Of a stretch of 55,665 nt of DNA, positions 1-12,529 are shown in pieces (the first letter of the stretch is position 1; every line of letters begins with the position of its first letter). This DNA is from Girardia tigrina (lineage: Eukaryota), in assembly GCA_001938485.1 (NCBI GenBank), contig MQRK01225287.1, forward strand, positions 62,001-117,665, given 5' to 3'. The notes below the pieces were generated by a model. The model worked only from the letters and a program-made list of their open reading frames with translations. It searched no databases and was not told where the DNA came from. The translations under genes were made by a program, and so were the position numbers.

Positions 1-491
1 TTGGAAATTCGCAATCTCTTCCTCTTGTGTCATTGGAACTAAATTGCACTGTAAATCTTGTTTCGAAAGATGTCGACATTTAATGCACAAATATTGAAAT
101 AAATATTTCTCACTACTTACAATAGTTGAGAGTATATTTGCGATAGATCTTTTGCTATGATGTTATGACTATGATATTCTGTCTCCTTCCAGAAGTAACC
201 TTTCTTTTGTCTCTCGTCAAATGCAAGATTGATTTGAGAATATTTACGTCGGATATTTCAGTAATAATATTATGACGATACATATATCTAATTTTGGTTT
301 GCTTTTGAGCTTTGTCAACTGTATACTAATTTAAGTACCACATGATTGCAAATAACTTGTACAATAAATTATTTTAAGAATAGGTTTGAAGATGACCAAC
401 TTGATGTAGAGTTTTAAATGAATTATGTAGTGACATTTTCTAATTTGGTTTAAAGAATGATTCAATCTACAAATTGAAGAAATAGTTTCAC

Positions 492-851
492 TCACATATT
501 AATTGTTTTGATTCTCGAGCGGTTTTTGATTAAAAAAAATCTTGACATAAAATTTTGACCACAACGGCCGGCTGGATTCTCGCTTTCGTCCGGAAGCGGC
601 TTTCGAAAATAAAGGTCAAAACAATCTCGATTTATGGTCCTAAAGAGGGCCGTTAACCATTCTCGAGTGGGTAAGTTTGTTAGACCTAACCGACGAAAAT
701 AATTTTCTCTACTTTTGAATTCCGTTTTTCCGACACGAAGAGCGCGGACATTCTTAACGGTTTCCGTAAAATATTCATAATTTAATTTCATCAATATTTA
801 GTCGCGTTTCTTTTCGCCAGCAACAATGTCAAAACTTTTTGTCATCATCAT
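492..851 (-). pseudogene. Decayed ORF of unknown function (in-frame TAA after MMMTKSFDIVAGEKKRD)
   Basis: Coding-like composition. The upstream ATG run at about 851 is in frame with ORF 492..794 except for one TAA. No family recognised. Confidence 0.3.
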
Positions 852-1827
852 TAAAAAATCAAAAATGAATATATTGATCAAATTCTTTATTTCTCATTTT
901 AAAATTTTCAAAATTCACAACTGTTTCCAACCATCAGTCTCGTTAACCAAAAACATTTATAAAAAAATTTTTTTTAATTTTAACTAATTTTTATAATTTG
1001 GAATTTCGCCTTGTGATCACAAATTTATTCACATATTTTTTACACAAGCCAAAATTCCTTAAAACTAATTTTTATTTATTTTCTACAAAATCATATATAT
1101 ATATATATATTTTTCTCATCTTAATCCGAACCATCATGTATTCCCGAACACTAATTAAGATTCATCGAAAGAGATTTTCTAAATGTTTGAAGAAGATCCT
1201 TTATGTCAAGCCTAACATCGAATGTTCCAGCCAATCTCGATTTTGATAGAAACGAATTCTAATTTAATGAGTTTCATAATCGAGATAAGCTTGGCTTAAC
1301 TCTAGGTAATGACTCCAGGGTTAAGAAATTACAGGAATTTGTATTTGGTATTCGTTTTGTTAATTAAATATTAAAGAAGTTATTTTTCCAAGAAAGAAGG
1401 TCTTTCTAAAAATGAGATTGTATTCAGGATTTCTTGATCAGGGACTAGAAAAGATAAAATTTCAATTCTTAAAGAAAACGTTTAATAAAAAAATTTTCAT
1501 TAAATCATTCACAAACACTTTTTCAGATAAAATGAATGATTTTGTAATTATTTGTGTAAAAAGAAAGAAGGAAGAAAGCAAATGGGTTTAAAGATCCCTT
1601 TGAACATTTGTTTTCGAATCACGAGATTTTAATATAAATATTTACACAAAACGTTTTAATTAAGATGGCAATTAAAATAAAATTACCATTATTTAATAGA
1701 ATTCGACAATTCAATATAATAAACATTTCGTACGTTGCCCTATTGTAACTTGATACTTTGGTAAGAAATTATTATTCAGTATTTTAGGTTTGTATCACTC
1801 GAGATTACGAATGTCTGGAATATTACC

Positions 1828-3212
1828 TGGAGCGGAGAATTGCCAATTTTGACCGAACATTTATTTTGCCAGTTTCAGTGTATAAAATAAAATATATGAT
1901 TAAATAATTAAATTAGTAAATTGGAATAAATAAATAAATTTCATTAAAATTAAATTAAATAAATAATTAAATATAAAAAAAATAAATAAAAGAAAATAAA
2001 TAGGTTAAATAATTAGTAATAAATAATTGAATAAATAATTAAACATAGAAATCTTTTTTGGTTAAAACGATTTATTTTTTGAGATCGGTTGTAAAATTGA
2101 AGAACAAAGTAAAATTTATAATAAATGGTCAATTTGAACCGCAATTCAAAAAAATGGTGAAAATTGAGCTTTAATACATCGCGACAATTCAATTCAGTTT
2201 TTAATTCGCGATTAAAACTGATTTCTGCTCATCGATTAATTTGAATGTGTTAATTAATCAAATTGTGAGCCTCCTTTTTTTATTGCATTATAATCAATCT
2301 TCTCAATCGGCTAATGTGAAAAAAGGTATGGTGTGTTTGTAATGTAATGTCTGCATGTATGTGTGAATGTGATTGCGTGTTTGTGTGTTAATGATAATGT
2401 GAATGCGATTGGTTAAGTGTGTGTGTGGTGTGTAATTTGTTTTTAAAAATGAAAATTTGTCACAATAACAAAATGGAGGTTTAAAATTTCGACCAATTGT
2501 CAATTTAAAAAAATAAAGGTCTCGTGTTTTGCTCTGCTTTTGAACAATTAAAAAAAATATAAATGTCATTAGTATTAAATTCAAAAGAAATTGATCATAT
2601 TCTTAAACGTTTAAAGGTTACCGATAAAATTGCAAAGGAAACAAAAATATATGATTCCGACGTGTCTTATCCTTTGCGTGTGTTTTGTGAGAGAATAAAT
2701 GTCTCTGCTATCAACTTTCTGATTGGAAAGGGTGCCGATCTTAATTCTGATGACTTACACCACCGGAGACCGTTGTGGTGGGCGGTTTGGAATCAGAACG
2801 AGCAAATAGTTCAATCATTGGTGAATAAANNNNNNNNNNNNNNNNNNNNNNNNNNNNNNNNNNNNNNNNNNNNNNNNNNNNNNNNNNNNNNNNNNNNNNN
2901 NNNNNNNNNNNNNNNNNNNNNNNNNNNNNNNNNNNNNNNNNNNNNNNNNNNNNNNNNNNNNNNNNNNNNNNNNNNNNNNNNNNNNNNNNNNNNNNNNNNN
3001 NNNNNNNNNNNNNNNNNNNNNNNNNNNNNNNNNNNNNNNNNNNNNNNNNNNNNNNNNNNNNNNNNNNNNNNNNNNNNNNNNNTTGTGTAAACGAGATGGA
3101 ATTCCGCTCATTGTTTTGCTCAATAAAATGAAAAGCACTTTTCAACCGACATGTAAAATGAGAAGCCATTATTCTCAGCCTAAAATATCGTGGAGACACG
3201 GATTCCTGTCCA
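1828..3212 (+). mobile_element. Gene-carrying non-autonomous element, copy A (TG...CA ends, 5-bp TSD TTACC), cargo = ankyrin-repeat gene fragment
   Basis: Starts TGGAGCGGAGAATTGCCAATTTTGACCGAACAT and ends TGGAGACACGGATTCCTGTCCA. Flanked by TTACC (1823-1827 and 3213-3217). Both termini recur at 18605 and 19583-19604. Confidence 0.85.
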
Positions 3213-3220
3213 TTACCTAA
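2563..3220 (+). pseudogene. Ankyrin-repeat protein gene fragment carried inside element A (interrupted by an N-gap)
   Basis: ATG at 2563. YPLRVFCERINVSAINFLIGKGADLNSDDLHHRRPLWWAVWNQNEQIVQSLVNK fits ankyrin repeats. After the gap the only open + frame reads LCKRDGIPLIVLLNKM...WRHGFLSIT* through the element end. Intact versus pseudogene status cannot be settled because of the gap. Confidence 0.65.
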
Positions 3221-3655
3221 ATTCTCGGGTATTTTCCCGAAAAATCGCAAAATAAAACTTTTCGTAAAATATTCATATCTTACGATCTATTTAATATACC
3301 CCCTTGTTTATACGTTTACCGCAACTTACCGCTTCGCATAAGAAAACGAGTAAATTCACTGCCACGCGAAACTCTAAAAAAGAGTAGGATAAGTTAACTC
3401 GTCTGCCGAAAACAATGTTTTAATATTAATTTAGTACTAAAAATTTCAATATCAACTTTTATTTGTTTACTTTATTTGAACTCATAAAGTTTACTACATT
3501 AAAAAAACTTGTTGCAAATATATGTTTTGGTATTGACTTATCATTTTTGGTATTAAAATTGATTTCATAAACTTGGATTATTATCAATGTTTTTTAAATA
3601 TAGTTTGATTGTTTTCGGAATAATGGGTCAGTAAATATCTCATATTTTATTCTAG

Positions 3656-4383
3656 ATATGCGACAAATGCTCACTAATGGTCCTCCAAACTCAATGAATG
3701 GTAGCTTCTATTCTAAGAATATGGGACCTACTAATTCTGGAATACCTCCAAGACACCCTCAGTTAATATTTTCTCCAATGAGCAATTTTTCTCCTCCTCC
3801 ATCCTCATTATTCAGATCTAGTATTATGGACCAGTCACAGCTCAATTCTAATTCAGATCAACCTCTTCTATTCATGCCCTCTAATCGATGTGATTCAAGA
3901 AATCCTTTATCAAACCAGCCTCTCTCATCAGATGCCAATTCCATAGAACTAGCGTTATCATCAATGTCTAATCATCCATTTATTGATTCCCAACAAAGTT
4001 CATTCTTCCCAAACTCCATTGAAAATTCATTAGCTAACAATAGCACTCCATTAACTATGATAAATGATACATCATCGTCATCAATAATGGACGAACCTCC
4101 TCACATGCCTCCACTCAGTGATGAAGATTTTCTCAGCCGTATTGGACATCACCCGCCGAACTTATTACAGCATTCTAACAACAACATAAACCCCTGTGAA
4201 CAAAATCTCTCACCATTTATGAACCATTCTTCTTCACCATTTCATCAAAATCACATGAAATTTCTACCTGGATCTGGATTTCCTGTTGATATGAATGGGT
4301 TGGGAGACGCCATATCTGCCAGCTTCAACAACTTACCTTCGGGAATTAATGATGATATTATAACAGCCTTTTCTGATCTATCA
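3656..4383 (+). CDS. Internal exon of an unidentified Pro/Ser/Asn/Met-rich (low-complexity, regulator-like) protein
   Basis: Acceptor ttttattctag ends at 3655, followed by a long open frame (MRQMLTNGPPNSMNG...FSDLS) and donor GTAAGT at 4384 (phase 0). Upstream exons were not identified. Confidence 0.8.
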
Positions 4384-5276
4384 GTAAGTTTTATTATGAT
4401 AATAATTATTATTATCATTTTAAAAAAATGTGTTTATCCAAAATGGTCTTTAATTATGTATTAGGACATCGCCTTTAACAATAACAGTCGTCCATATGTA
4501 AGTTAATCTTTTAAAGAGAATGAGAAATAAGAATCCATTAATTAGACATCGTTTAGTCTCTTAAAATGAGTTGTCATTATGAAAGAGCGGCTAAGTTCTA
4601 AATAAATAAAAAAGTCCCAACAATGTCTAATAAATATGATGGTATAGAAGACCGTCTGTCACAATTCCTGATATTCTGCCGGGTATCCTTAATGCATGAG
4701 GTCTAGAGTTGCTAAAGTGGATAATAATTCGTTTTCTGTTGATTATTTTGGAGAAGTTGTTGATAAAAGTTGATGAAAGATATAGAAAAATTCTGTTTTA
4801 AGAGCTCAAAGTAAATAATGTCATATCCCAATAAATATAAAACTTATAATTTTTTAGATATCCATTTCTACTACTTTAGAGAAGCTATAAATAACAGATT
4901 GATAATTTTTGAGTTTTATCCTTGCTATTCACCTTCCTGATGGTATAAAAATGTCGTAATTGCATCACTTTTGAACTTCTCTGTCAATTGTCTAATTGTT
5001 TTACAAGGTCTCTTAACTTCTGCCTTCTGAAGGTCTTCACCTGAAAAATCATAATGAGCTGAAAGTCTTTTTAAGGAATACTAGTATTTGTAAACATACA
5101 ATACTCTCATGTGAAGTTCACAACTTGATGTTTTAGCAACTTCTGTCTTTCCGGAACTGAAAGATTATCAAATGAAAATAATGATCTCTTTTAAATAGTA
5201 TTGGTTATTGTTGTGGAGATGATTATATGAATTTCGTTTTGACAATTTTAACTATACCTATCGGTATTCTCTAAGA

Positions 5277-5578
5277 CAGCAGTTCTCAATCTGTGGGTCT
5301 CGACACCGTTGAGAGTCGACTGACGATTTGCCAGGGTCGCCAAAGACCATTGAAAAAATGTGTTTTTATTTGTATTCTAATGTGTCAACTCTATTTCATA
5401 TTATTGTAAAACTTTTTTTCGCAAATCAGATATTTACATTATGATTGATAACAGTATTGAGAAACAATAGTATAGTTACTTAAGCCTATTGGCAAAAAAA
5501 TTTTTACAGTTGGGGGTCACCACAACATTCTGAATTGTATTAAAAGAGTCGTGACACTATAAAGGTTGAGAACCGCTG
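5277..5578. mobile_element. hAT MITE resembling SPIN/URR1 non-autonomous elements
   Basis: TIRs CAGCAGTTCTCAA / TTGAGAACCGCTG and 8-bp TSD CTCTAAGA / CTCTTAGA. Internal motifs (CAGATATTTACATTA, TTGGGGGTCACCACAACAT, TGTATTAAA) match my recollection of the SPIN MITE consensus. Confidence 0.8.
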
Positions 5579-6377
5579 CTCTTAGAGGACATATGTTTAA
5601 ATATTAATATTTATACGTAGTTTTGTAAGTAATATTGTAAATTGGCTAAAGGATTATGTATCAGAAATATGATTAAATTCTTGAGCTCACTTAAATTAAA
5701 ATAGCAATCACCAAATTATGATCAAATATGTTATATGTTATTATATATATAAATGTTTTATTAAAGATATGATTAAGTTTGTTACCAAAGATATAGAGTT
5801 TAAATAGAGAATAAATATTACTTTCTTTATTCGGAGGTTGTGATCAGTGATTCTTTAGAATGGACTATCTTTGAACAAAAAGACTGGAGTATGTGTTTGA
5901 ATAATCGTTTGATTGCTTTGTATTTGATAGATTGATAGATAAATTATGTTTTCTTTATTCCTTAATTTTATTTTCTTTTATACTTTAAAAAAAATCATTT
6001 TAAAATTCCTTTCAGTAGTGGATTAAAATGTTAATTGTAATGGATAATCATGTGGTGATTCAAATGAATCATTCTTGAGTAATTTTAACGGATGATTGCT
6101 CAGTAATTGAAATGAATAATATTCTGGAGTCAAAATTATAATTTCTGATTCTAAATTATTTATTTCTGAATTTCTATGCAATGCAATTGATTCAATTTAA
6201 TTTTGAATTTCAAATAATTATAATTAAGATTATAATTTTATATTGACGGGGAAGGGGGAAATATAATTTGACTTTTCCTTCATTCTTTCTTTCTTACTTT
6301 CTTTTAGTTAGGGAAAAGTGACTTCACATAAAAAAATAATAAATAATATAATCTCATAACAAAAAAAATTTTGGTGT

Positions 6378-7553
6378 ACAAGCTTTTATAATTTGTCATA
6401 TGTTTTCGGTTCTGTATCTATTTTACCCACTTCCCACATCTTTTGACTGAATTATCAAAGCCTACTAGGCGAAAACCCGCTTTCTATTTGCATTTAGATG
6501 TAGCAAATTTCAAAGCCTACTGTGAAGGACAGCGTCACTCAAAATTTTTGAAACAATTTATTTTTATAAAGAATCTCAAAAATTATGAAATATTTAAAAT
6601 CAAAAGTTTTTAAGCAAATTTAAGTAAAAAATATATATACCTTAATTAATTTTAAAAAAAGTTATTTTCGGAAATAATCAAATTTTAATTGTAGAGTAAA
6701 AACTTATTTTAAAATTAATTGGGAAATAAAGGATTTTTAAATAATTGATTTAAAAGAAATATATAAAGACAATGATAATTATGTTTTTACTAATTTTAAA
6801 AGTTATTCTAATAATAAAAATTTGAATATTGTAAATTATTTTTTGTATTTATATAGTATTTAAAATTTGTATTGTATTTAAAATAATTGTAGGTAAAAAT
6901 GCTTTTAAACTGAAATATTGATAATAAATAAAACGTTAAAATCTTTATTAATTAAAAAACTTTTCCCAAATAATAGAAAATAACATTAAACTAATTCTAA
7001 AATAATAAAAAATCATTTCGGTTAATTTAGTAAAAATATGACTACAAAATTATATTTGTTTTAATTTAAATTAAATTGCATAAAATAGTGGTATGTAAAT
7101 TTTCAAAAATAAATATAATAAAAAATTTCAATTTTAAAATAACTTATCAGTATTTATAATTTCATATATTTATATAACAATCTGGTCAAAAAGAAAACGA
7201 AGAAAAGTTCCTCAACAAACAATTGTTTTTAAAAAATTGTTAACTAAAAATTGTTTGAATAATTGTTAATTGGGTTAGAAATAAAATTTTGGTATTAATG
7301 AGTCTTAATCTCGATCAAGAACCCAACACCTACTACTGAGGAAAACATGAGAACGGCACTTTAATTACTTTTTGCGCCCAAACTAAAAGCGGTCGATGAG
7401 CAGTGACAGTAAAAAAGTATATTGTCACCTAGAATACATCAGTCCTGAAAGTTTCATGTCGCTAGGTAAACGGGACGTGGGTGAATTTTCGATGGCAAGA
7501 TTTGATGCATCCAGACAGACAAACAAATGAAACGTAATAAAAGCTTGTAAAAA
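6378..7553. mobile_element. Helentron/DINE-like non-autonomous element, interrupted by a solo LTR
   Basis: Short inverted ends TACAAGCTTTTA / TAAAAGCTTGTA, AAAGTTTCA and CAGACAGACAAAC motifs near the right end, and T/A-run flanks. Confidence 0.4.
6521..7328 (+). mobile_element. AT-rich solo LTR, family TGTGA...CCCAACA, copy 1
   Basis: TG...CA ends and perfect 5-bp TSD CCTAC (6516-6520, 7329-7333). Collinear with 42844-43852 in reverse orientation. Strand is relative only. Confidence 0.8.
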
Positions 7554-8668
7554 CATTCACATACAAAAAAATAAAATAAATAATTATAATGCATAACAGA
7601 CAATTATAATGTTTTACAAAGAAAAATCCTAAAACTAATTTAAGTAATTTTAATGAAAATACGAATTCTTAATCATTTACGGATAAAATATTGATCAAAG
7701 AAAGATTTATGTTTATGTACTCTAGACAATATAATTCTAGTTACTACGCCCTATATAAATATATTTAGTTAAAGTAAAGATGTTGAATGAAGAGGGTTCG
7801 ATTTGTTATAAAAAGAATAGTAAAATGTTTGTTATTTATCTTCAATATCAAAAAAAACCAATTTGGTCATATTGTGAGACAATTGAACGATTTATATGAA
7901 CAAAAAAGACTATAATTATTTTCAATTTCTGATTCACAGGTTTTTGTAATCAAATTCGATTTGATTCATCAGATTATAATTTTTATGTATATTTCCAGCG
8001 ATCAATTACACTTTTTAAGTTGATAGCCTTCATTATGACGTTATATTTCATTATATAATTATTCATTATTTAAATACATCATCACATTATACTAATTTGT
8101 ATTTATTCGTTTGTGAAAAATTATCGATTTGAAAGAAAGACTCGAAATACTAGATTTGTTAAGGCAACTAAGACGAACGAGGTGATCAGCAAGAAGAAGC
8201 TGAGAATTCACTTGAAGTAACTCTACGTTGACCAATATGACATATAACAGTAGAAATGCAGATTCCATCAAGGAAAATCCATCGAATAATAAATGAAGAT
8301 CTTGCTTTATTCATGTACAATATTATGAGTTTCGAGAACTCACATAAATTTGTGAATTTTAATATTTAAAATCTCTCAAAGGAATTTTCAAATTTTTTAA
8401 AATATTTCATACATTAAAATAAAGAGGAAGAAATTTTAAAATAAAAAATTATGTTTTATAAATTAAAACATTAGAAAATGTTAGGGTGGAAAATATTTTA
8501 AATGAAAATCTAAAATGAGAATTTTATTATTGAAACAACATTAGAAAATGAAATTTTATAATAGTATAAAATCAAAATGAATTTATTTTTTTATTAAAAC
8601 GAAGAGTTTTTGAAACTGAAAATTTTGAAATAATAAAAATGGAAGAATTTAGTTTAAAATTTTTTAAA

Positions 8669-8690
8669 ATATATATATATATATATATAA

Positions 8691-8730
<40 letters not shown>
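8669..8730. repeat. (TA)n microsatellite
   Basis: Interrupted TA dinucleotide run. Confidence 0.9.
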
Positions 8731-8732
<2 letters not shown>

Positions 8733-8941
8733 TTAACGATTAAAATGGGAACTTTTTAATTGGAAGATTTCTGATATGAAGGTTTATAAAATGAATTTGA
8801 TTTACGTCGAGATGTTTATACCACCTGAATTTCTCTTGCCACAATCTCGTACTTCATGAGCACGTATCTCTTGTTTTATTAAGAATGTCTCATTTTTTTA
8901 AGTGTGTATCTGTAAATTAAATAAAATCAATATTTATTCAG

Positions 8942-9070
8942 AACCAAACTCTCGAAATGGCAGCATTTAACAAGATGAAAAACAATTTCAATCACCAATC
9001 ACCACAAAAATTACACAATTCCTTCAATTTTAATCTTGAATCAACATCGGGATCAGATCAAATATATTAA
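8942..9070 (+). CDS. Probable terminal exon of the same gene (NQTLEMAAFNKMKNNFNHQSPQ...SDQIY*)
   Basis: Acceptor tttattcag ends at 8941. Phase 0 matches the 4384 donor; 43 codons end in TAA with similar composition, followed by UTR-like sequence with AATAAA near 9464. Confidence 0.65.
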   Translation, partial: NQTLEMAAFNKMKNNFNHQSPQKLHNSFNFNLESTSGSDQIY

Positions 9071-10149
9071 TTGAATATCGATGGAGCTATCGAAAAGTGT
9101 CCGATTTCGTCATTCTTCATCACTGATGTGTACAGATTATTGTAATAATTGTCAATTTTCCAAACGATATTACAATCAAAAATTATTGATTTTTCCTGTA
9201 TTGTATAAATCTTCTATTATATATTGATTATTTGTTTTTTGTCGTATGGGACCATTTTATGAAGATAATTATTTGATGTTGTTTTTTTTTTAATTTTATT
9301 GCTGCAATTGAGTGAAATGTGCTGCGAGGAGCGCGAGTGACAATTAACACATCCGATAACAATCGAGTATTGATCAAGTTGATTCTGCGTTTTATTAATA
9401 TTATTATGGAACAATAATTCAGATGAGAATTTTTAGAAAAATTGAATTTTTTATTGGATTTGCAATAAATGAAATACGACTGAATCTGCGGCTTGGTTTA
9501 TTGATGTATTAATTTTTTTGTTTTTTTTTTGACAACTCTCACAAAGATTGTAATATTCCATTATGCACAGTTATTACAAGACAGAGTGATATTCGAATTT
9601 TGTTTCTTTTTCTGGAATATAATGTTGACGATGATGAGGATGATGATGATGAGGTATAATATTTTGATGTTTAAATGTGATGGATTATTATTAATATTAA
9701 TATTATTTACATTTATTATTTGAATATTATCACTAACTTCGATTTTGTAAAAATACATATGTATATGAAATTATTTGGTGGAACTTTAGGGTTGTTTGAT
9801 TATTTATAAATCGGGTCGTTGGTTCTTATAAAACATGAGAATCTGTAAGTATAGACATGATAAGTGTTTCTGGAAGACGAAACTTATAATTGTCAATCAT
9901 TAATTAAATTAATCATTCAAATACATAATACATTGCTATTCAAAATATTTATTTAACTATTTGATAAATATATAATATTTTCCATTAAACTAGTTTTAAT
10001 GTGTAAAAAATAATCATTTTATTCCATTCTTTATACCATATTTTTAAAGGTTTTTTACTCAATGAAATTTAACAAAATTAAACAATTCAAAACTAATTAC
10101 AATACTGAATTTAATTCCGATTAATTAATTTAATTAAATAATGAAAACC

Positions 10150-11110
10150 TGAATTCATTATTTCTATTATTTAGAAATAAAACCTTTGAAATTCTATTTA
10201 CTCACTCCTGAATGTCTATTTCTATCAGCTATTAATGACTTGAAAAAAATAACCAAATCAATACTATTTCCCTGCAGAAAATAGAAGCTTATTGAATCTT
10301 TATACACTCACGATTCACCTTCGAAATTAGAATATACCAAACATGGAACTTACGGATTATGGCCACTACGAAAACACGAAATCTATCTATAAAAGCGGCC
10401 TTGACGTGGAAATTCGTCGTTACTTGAAGAAGATTTGTGGAGCGGTCCCAAATTCATCCAAAAAATGTGGTTTAGGCTTAATCTATGCCCAAGATGAATA
10501 CGCAATACAATATATAATTCAAGTGTACAGGAACATGGTGTGCTCTGACGAAACATCGCGACTTCTCTCCTTTATCAATTTATTCAACACCCTAAACAGA
10601 TATCACTTTACTAAAAAAGAATGGACACTCTCTGATTGCCAAAACTGGATCAACACAGGTGACAAAGAGAATGGATTTAAATCTTGGTGGACCAAGATTC
10701 GGAATTCAATCAAATACCTGAAAGGCATTGGGTTACAAATTCAGTTAGTCACCAACGAGCTAGCTATTTGTTTAAAAGTTCATATATCCAATGATTCCAT
10801 GATACTAAGTGAACATTCAATTGACAATATAACTTTCCACTTGCACAGAATCTATAACAAAATGAAATTTGACAAATGGAGCAAACAAAGGATGGCTGGA
10901 ATGTCAGCAAATAATTGCAAATAATTGATTATTTTTCGACTTCTCGTATTTCTTAAAACATTCATAACTCTTTTTATGAGTCCACAAAAGTAATATCAAC
11001 GATCATTATTCTGAATAATATATTTATCTTAAGAACCACATTGACATTTCTCAATAACATACGGTAAAGTGGAATCTCCAATGACCAACAATTTATTCAT
11101 ATTCTTAATT
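10150..11110 (+). mobile_element. Non-LTR retrotransposon fragment (RLE-type, NeSL/Utopia-like), post-RT region
   Basis: Decayed LFP.QKIEAY.IFIHSRFTFEIR upstream, then ORF 10343..10924 with LDVEIRRYLKKI...CGLGL...W.KQRMAG, resembling the region after the RT in R2/NeSL-group elements. Confidence 0.6.
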
Positions 11111-11204
11111 TTCTATTCTATTGAAATTTATTTTTATTGGTAGAAAATTTTCTTCATTTAACGATTTTGATGAAGTTAAAACAACTCACAGAATATTCTA
11201 GAAC

Positions 11205-11580
11205 TATTAAATCAAAATAAATTTTTATATCCATTCTTTATGCGGGCAGAACTCTATTTGGTCAACAGAATTTTTTTTGTTATGTTTTGTAGAAGAGAAA
11301 ATTACTATTACATTTTTTAAAACATATAATATGTTATTAGTAACTATTTAAATCTTTTGTAGAATGAAATATTTCATACAAAGAATTTTTCAACTCCATT
11401 TTACAATTAAATAACATAAATTTATTATAAAGCATGGAAGGAAAAAGACCATTTATATTTAATACAGTTAAAACATTTGTTGCAGAAACTATTTTTTGAT
11501 TTACTAGTTTGATCAAATTTTTACATAATCATTTATTGTTATCGATAATGAGTATGTGTACAAAGTTTGAAGAAAATTGT
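11205..11580 (+). repeat. Interspersed repeat (Helitron/DINE-like), also at 41790-42065
   Basis: Shared blocks TTTTTATATCCATTCTTTAT...CAGAACTCTA and GATCAAATTTTTACATAATCATTTATTGT...CAAAGTTTGAAGAAAAT. Confidence 0.6.
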
Positions 11581-11799
11581 GACAAAATTTCAATTTGAAA
11601 TATGTAAAGATATCCTGGGATATACATTGATTGCTCAAAGCTATGTTCGCTGTATAGGCATTGTATATAATGTATATATCTTTGACTTGTGTTGGAGATT
11701 ATTGTTATCAACCGGCTACTGGTGCATCTGCCGTGATTGTGTCGGTAAGATTTGTCGTCACCGCATTTGACATCAGTTGGTTATATTGACCGGTATTTT

Positions 11800-12500
11800 G
11801 TTTATGCCATGTCGAGTTGGCATATTTGATATTCGACACCATGCACATTGCAGCATTCCAAGTGTTGCACCGACAGTCGTCCACCGACCGAAACTGGTTT
11901 TCCAATACCAATCTTTGTTGGTATCATATGAAGTTCGGCATAAAAGCCAGGAAATGTCACCCAGGCTGCACGTGGCAAGGAAACAAAAACAAGCTCCACA
12001 TGGACAACACGTGTATTTACCACTCCCGTTTCGGCCAACAGATAAACAGGTGCGCGCCAGCTCTTTCACCTCCTAAAAAAACTAAGTTCGCCTTCAGTCT
12101 TCGCAGTCGACTCAGAAGGTGTAAACAATTGCTGCAGCATCTTCACGTGTAACGCAACCATCAACGATCATTCTACCCGTACAGCATCGTTTTTGGCCGA
12201 TACTGGCTCGGCCAGATCCGTTTTACCCAGAGTGTTTAAATCACGGAATAGTTGTTCCGACCGCCATCTCACAGCCGCCAACGGATCAGTTGTCCACACG
12301 TGTGGCACAATGCAAATATCGTTCCAGCTTGCCATCTTAGAATCGCAATTCCCCTGAACTTTCCCCATTGCCGATATCACACAACTTATGTCACACAACA
12401 ACTTGGAGCAGACTTTTTTTATCACTTTAATTTAATGGTAGACTGTAAGAACAAAAGACTCATCCTTAGTTACACTCTGGAAACTCCACACGCAGGTCCG
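11800..12500 (+). mobile_element. Ty3/Gypsy gag-protease relic
   Basis: Gag motif CWYHMKFGIKARKCHPGCTWQGN, protease FLADTGSARSVLP, then LTAANGS and LGADFFYHFNLMVDCKNKRL. Frameshifted. Confidence 0.8.
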
Positions 12501-12529
12501 ATTTCAGCTCAAATTTGCTCTCTTTTTGT

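Noticed and set aside
1828-1850. Element termini as tRNA primer-binding sites (both start TGG)
   Set aside because: The reverse complements lack a T-loop TTCG at the expected spacing. Not supported by eye, though a tRNA search was not run.
3631-3655. 25-nt micro-intron upstream of the large exon
   Set aside because: Equally explained as the ordinary 3' end of a long intron; no supporting evidence.
4459-5200. Solo LTR (4459-4622) plus gag-like relic
   Set aside because: The ends are only loosely inverted, there is no TSD, and the translation is too decayed to call.
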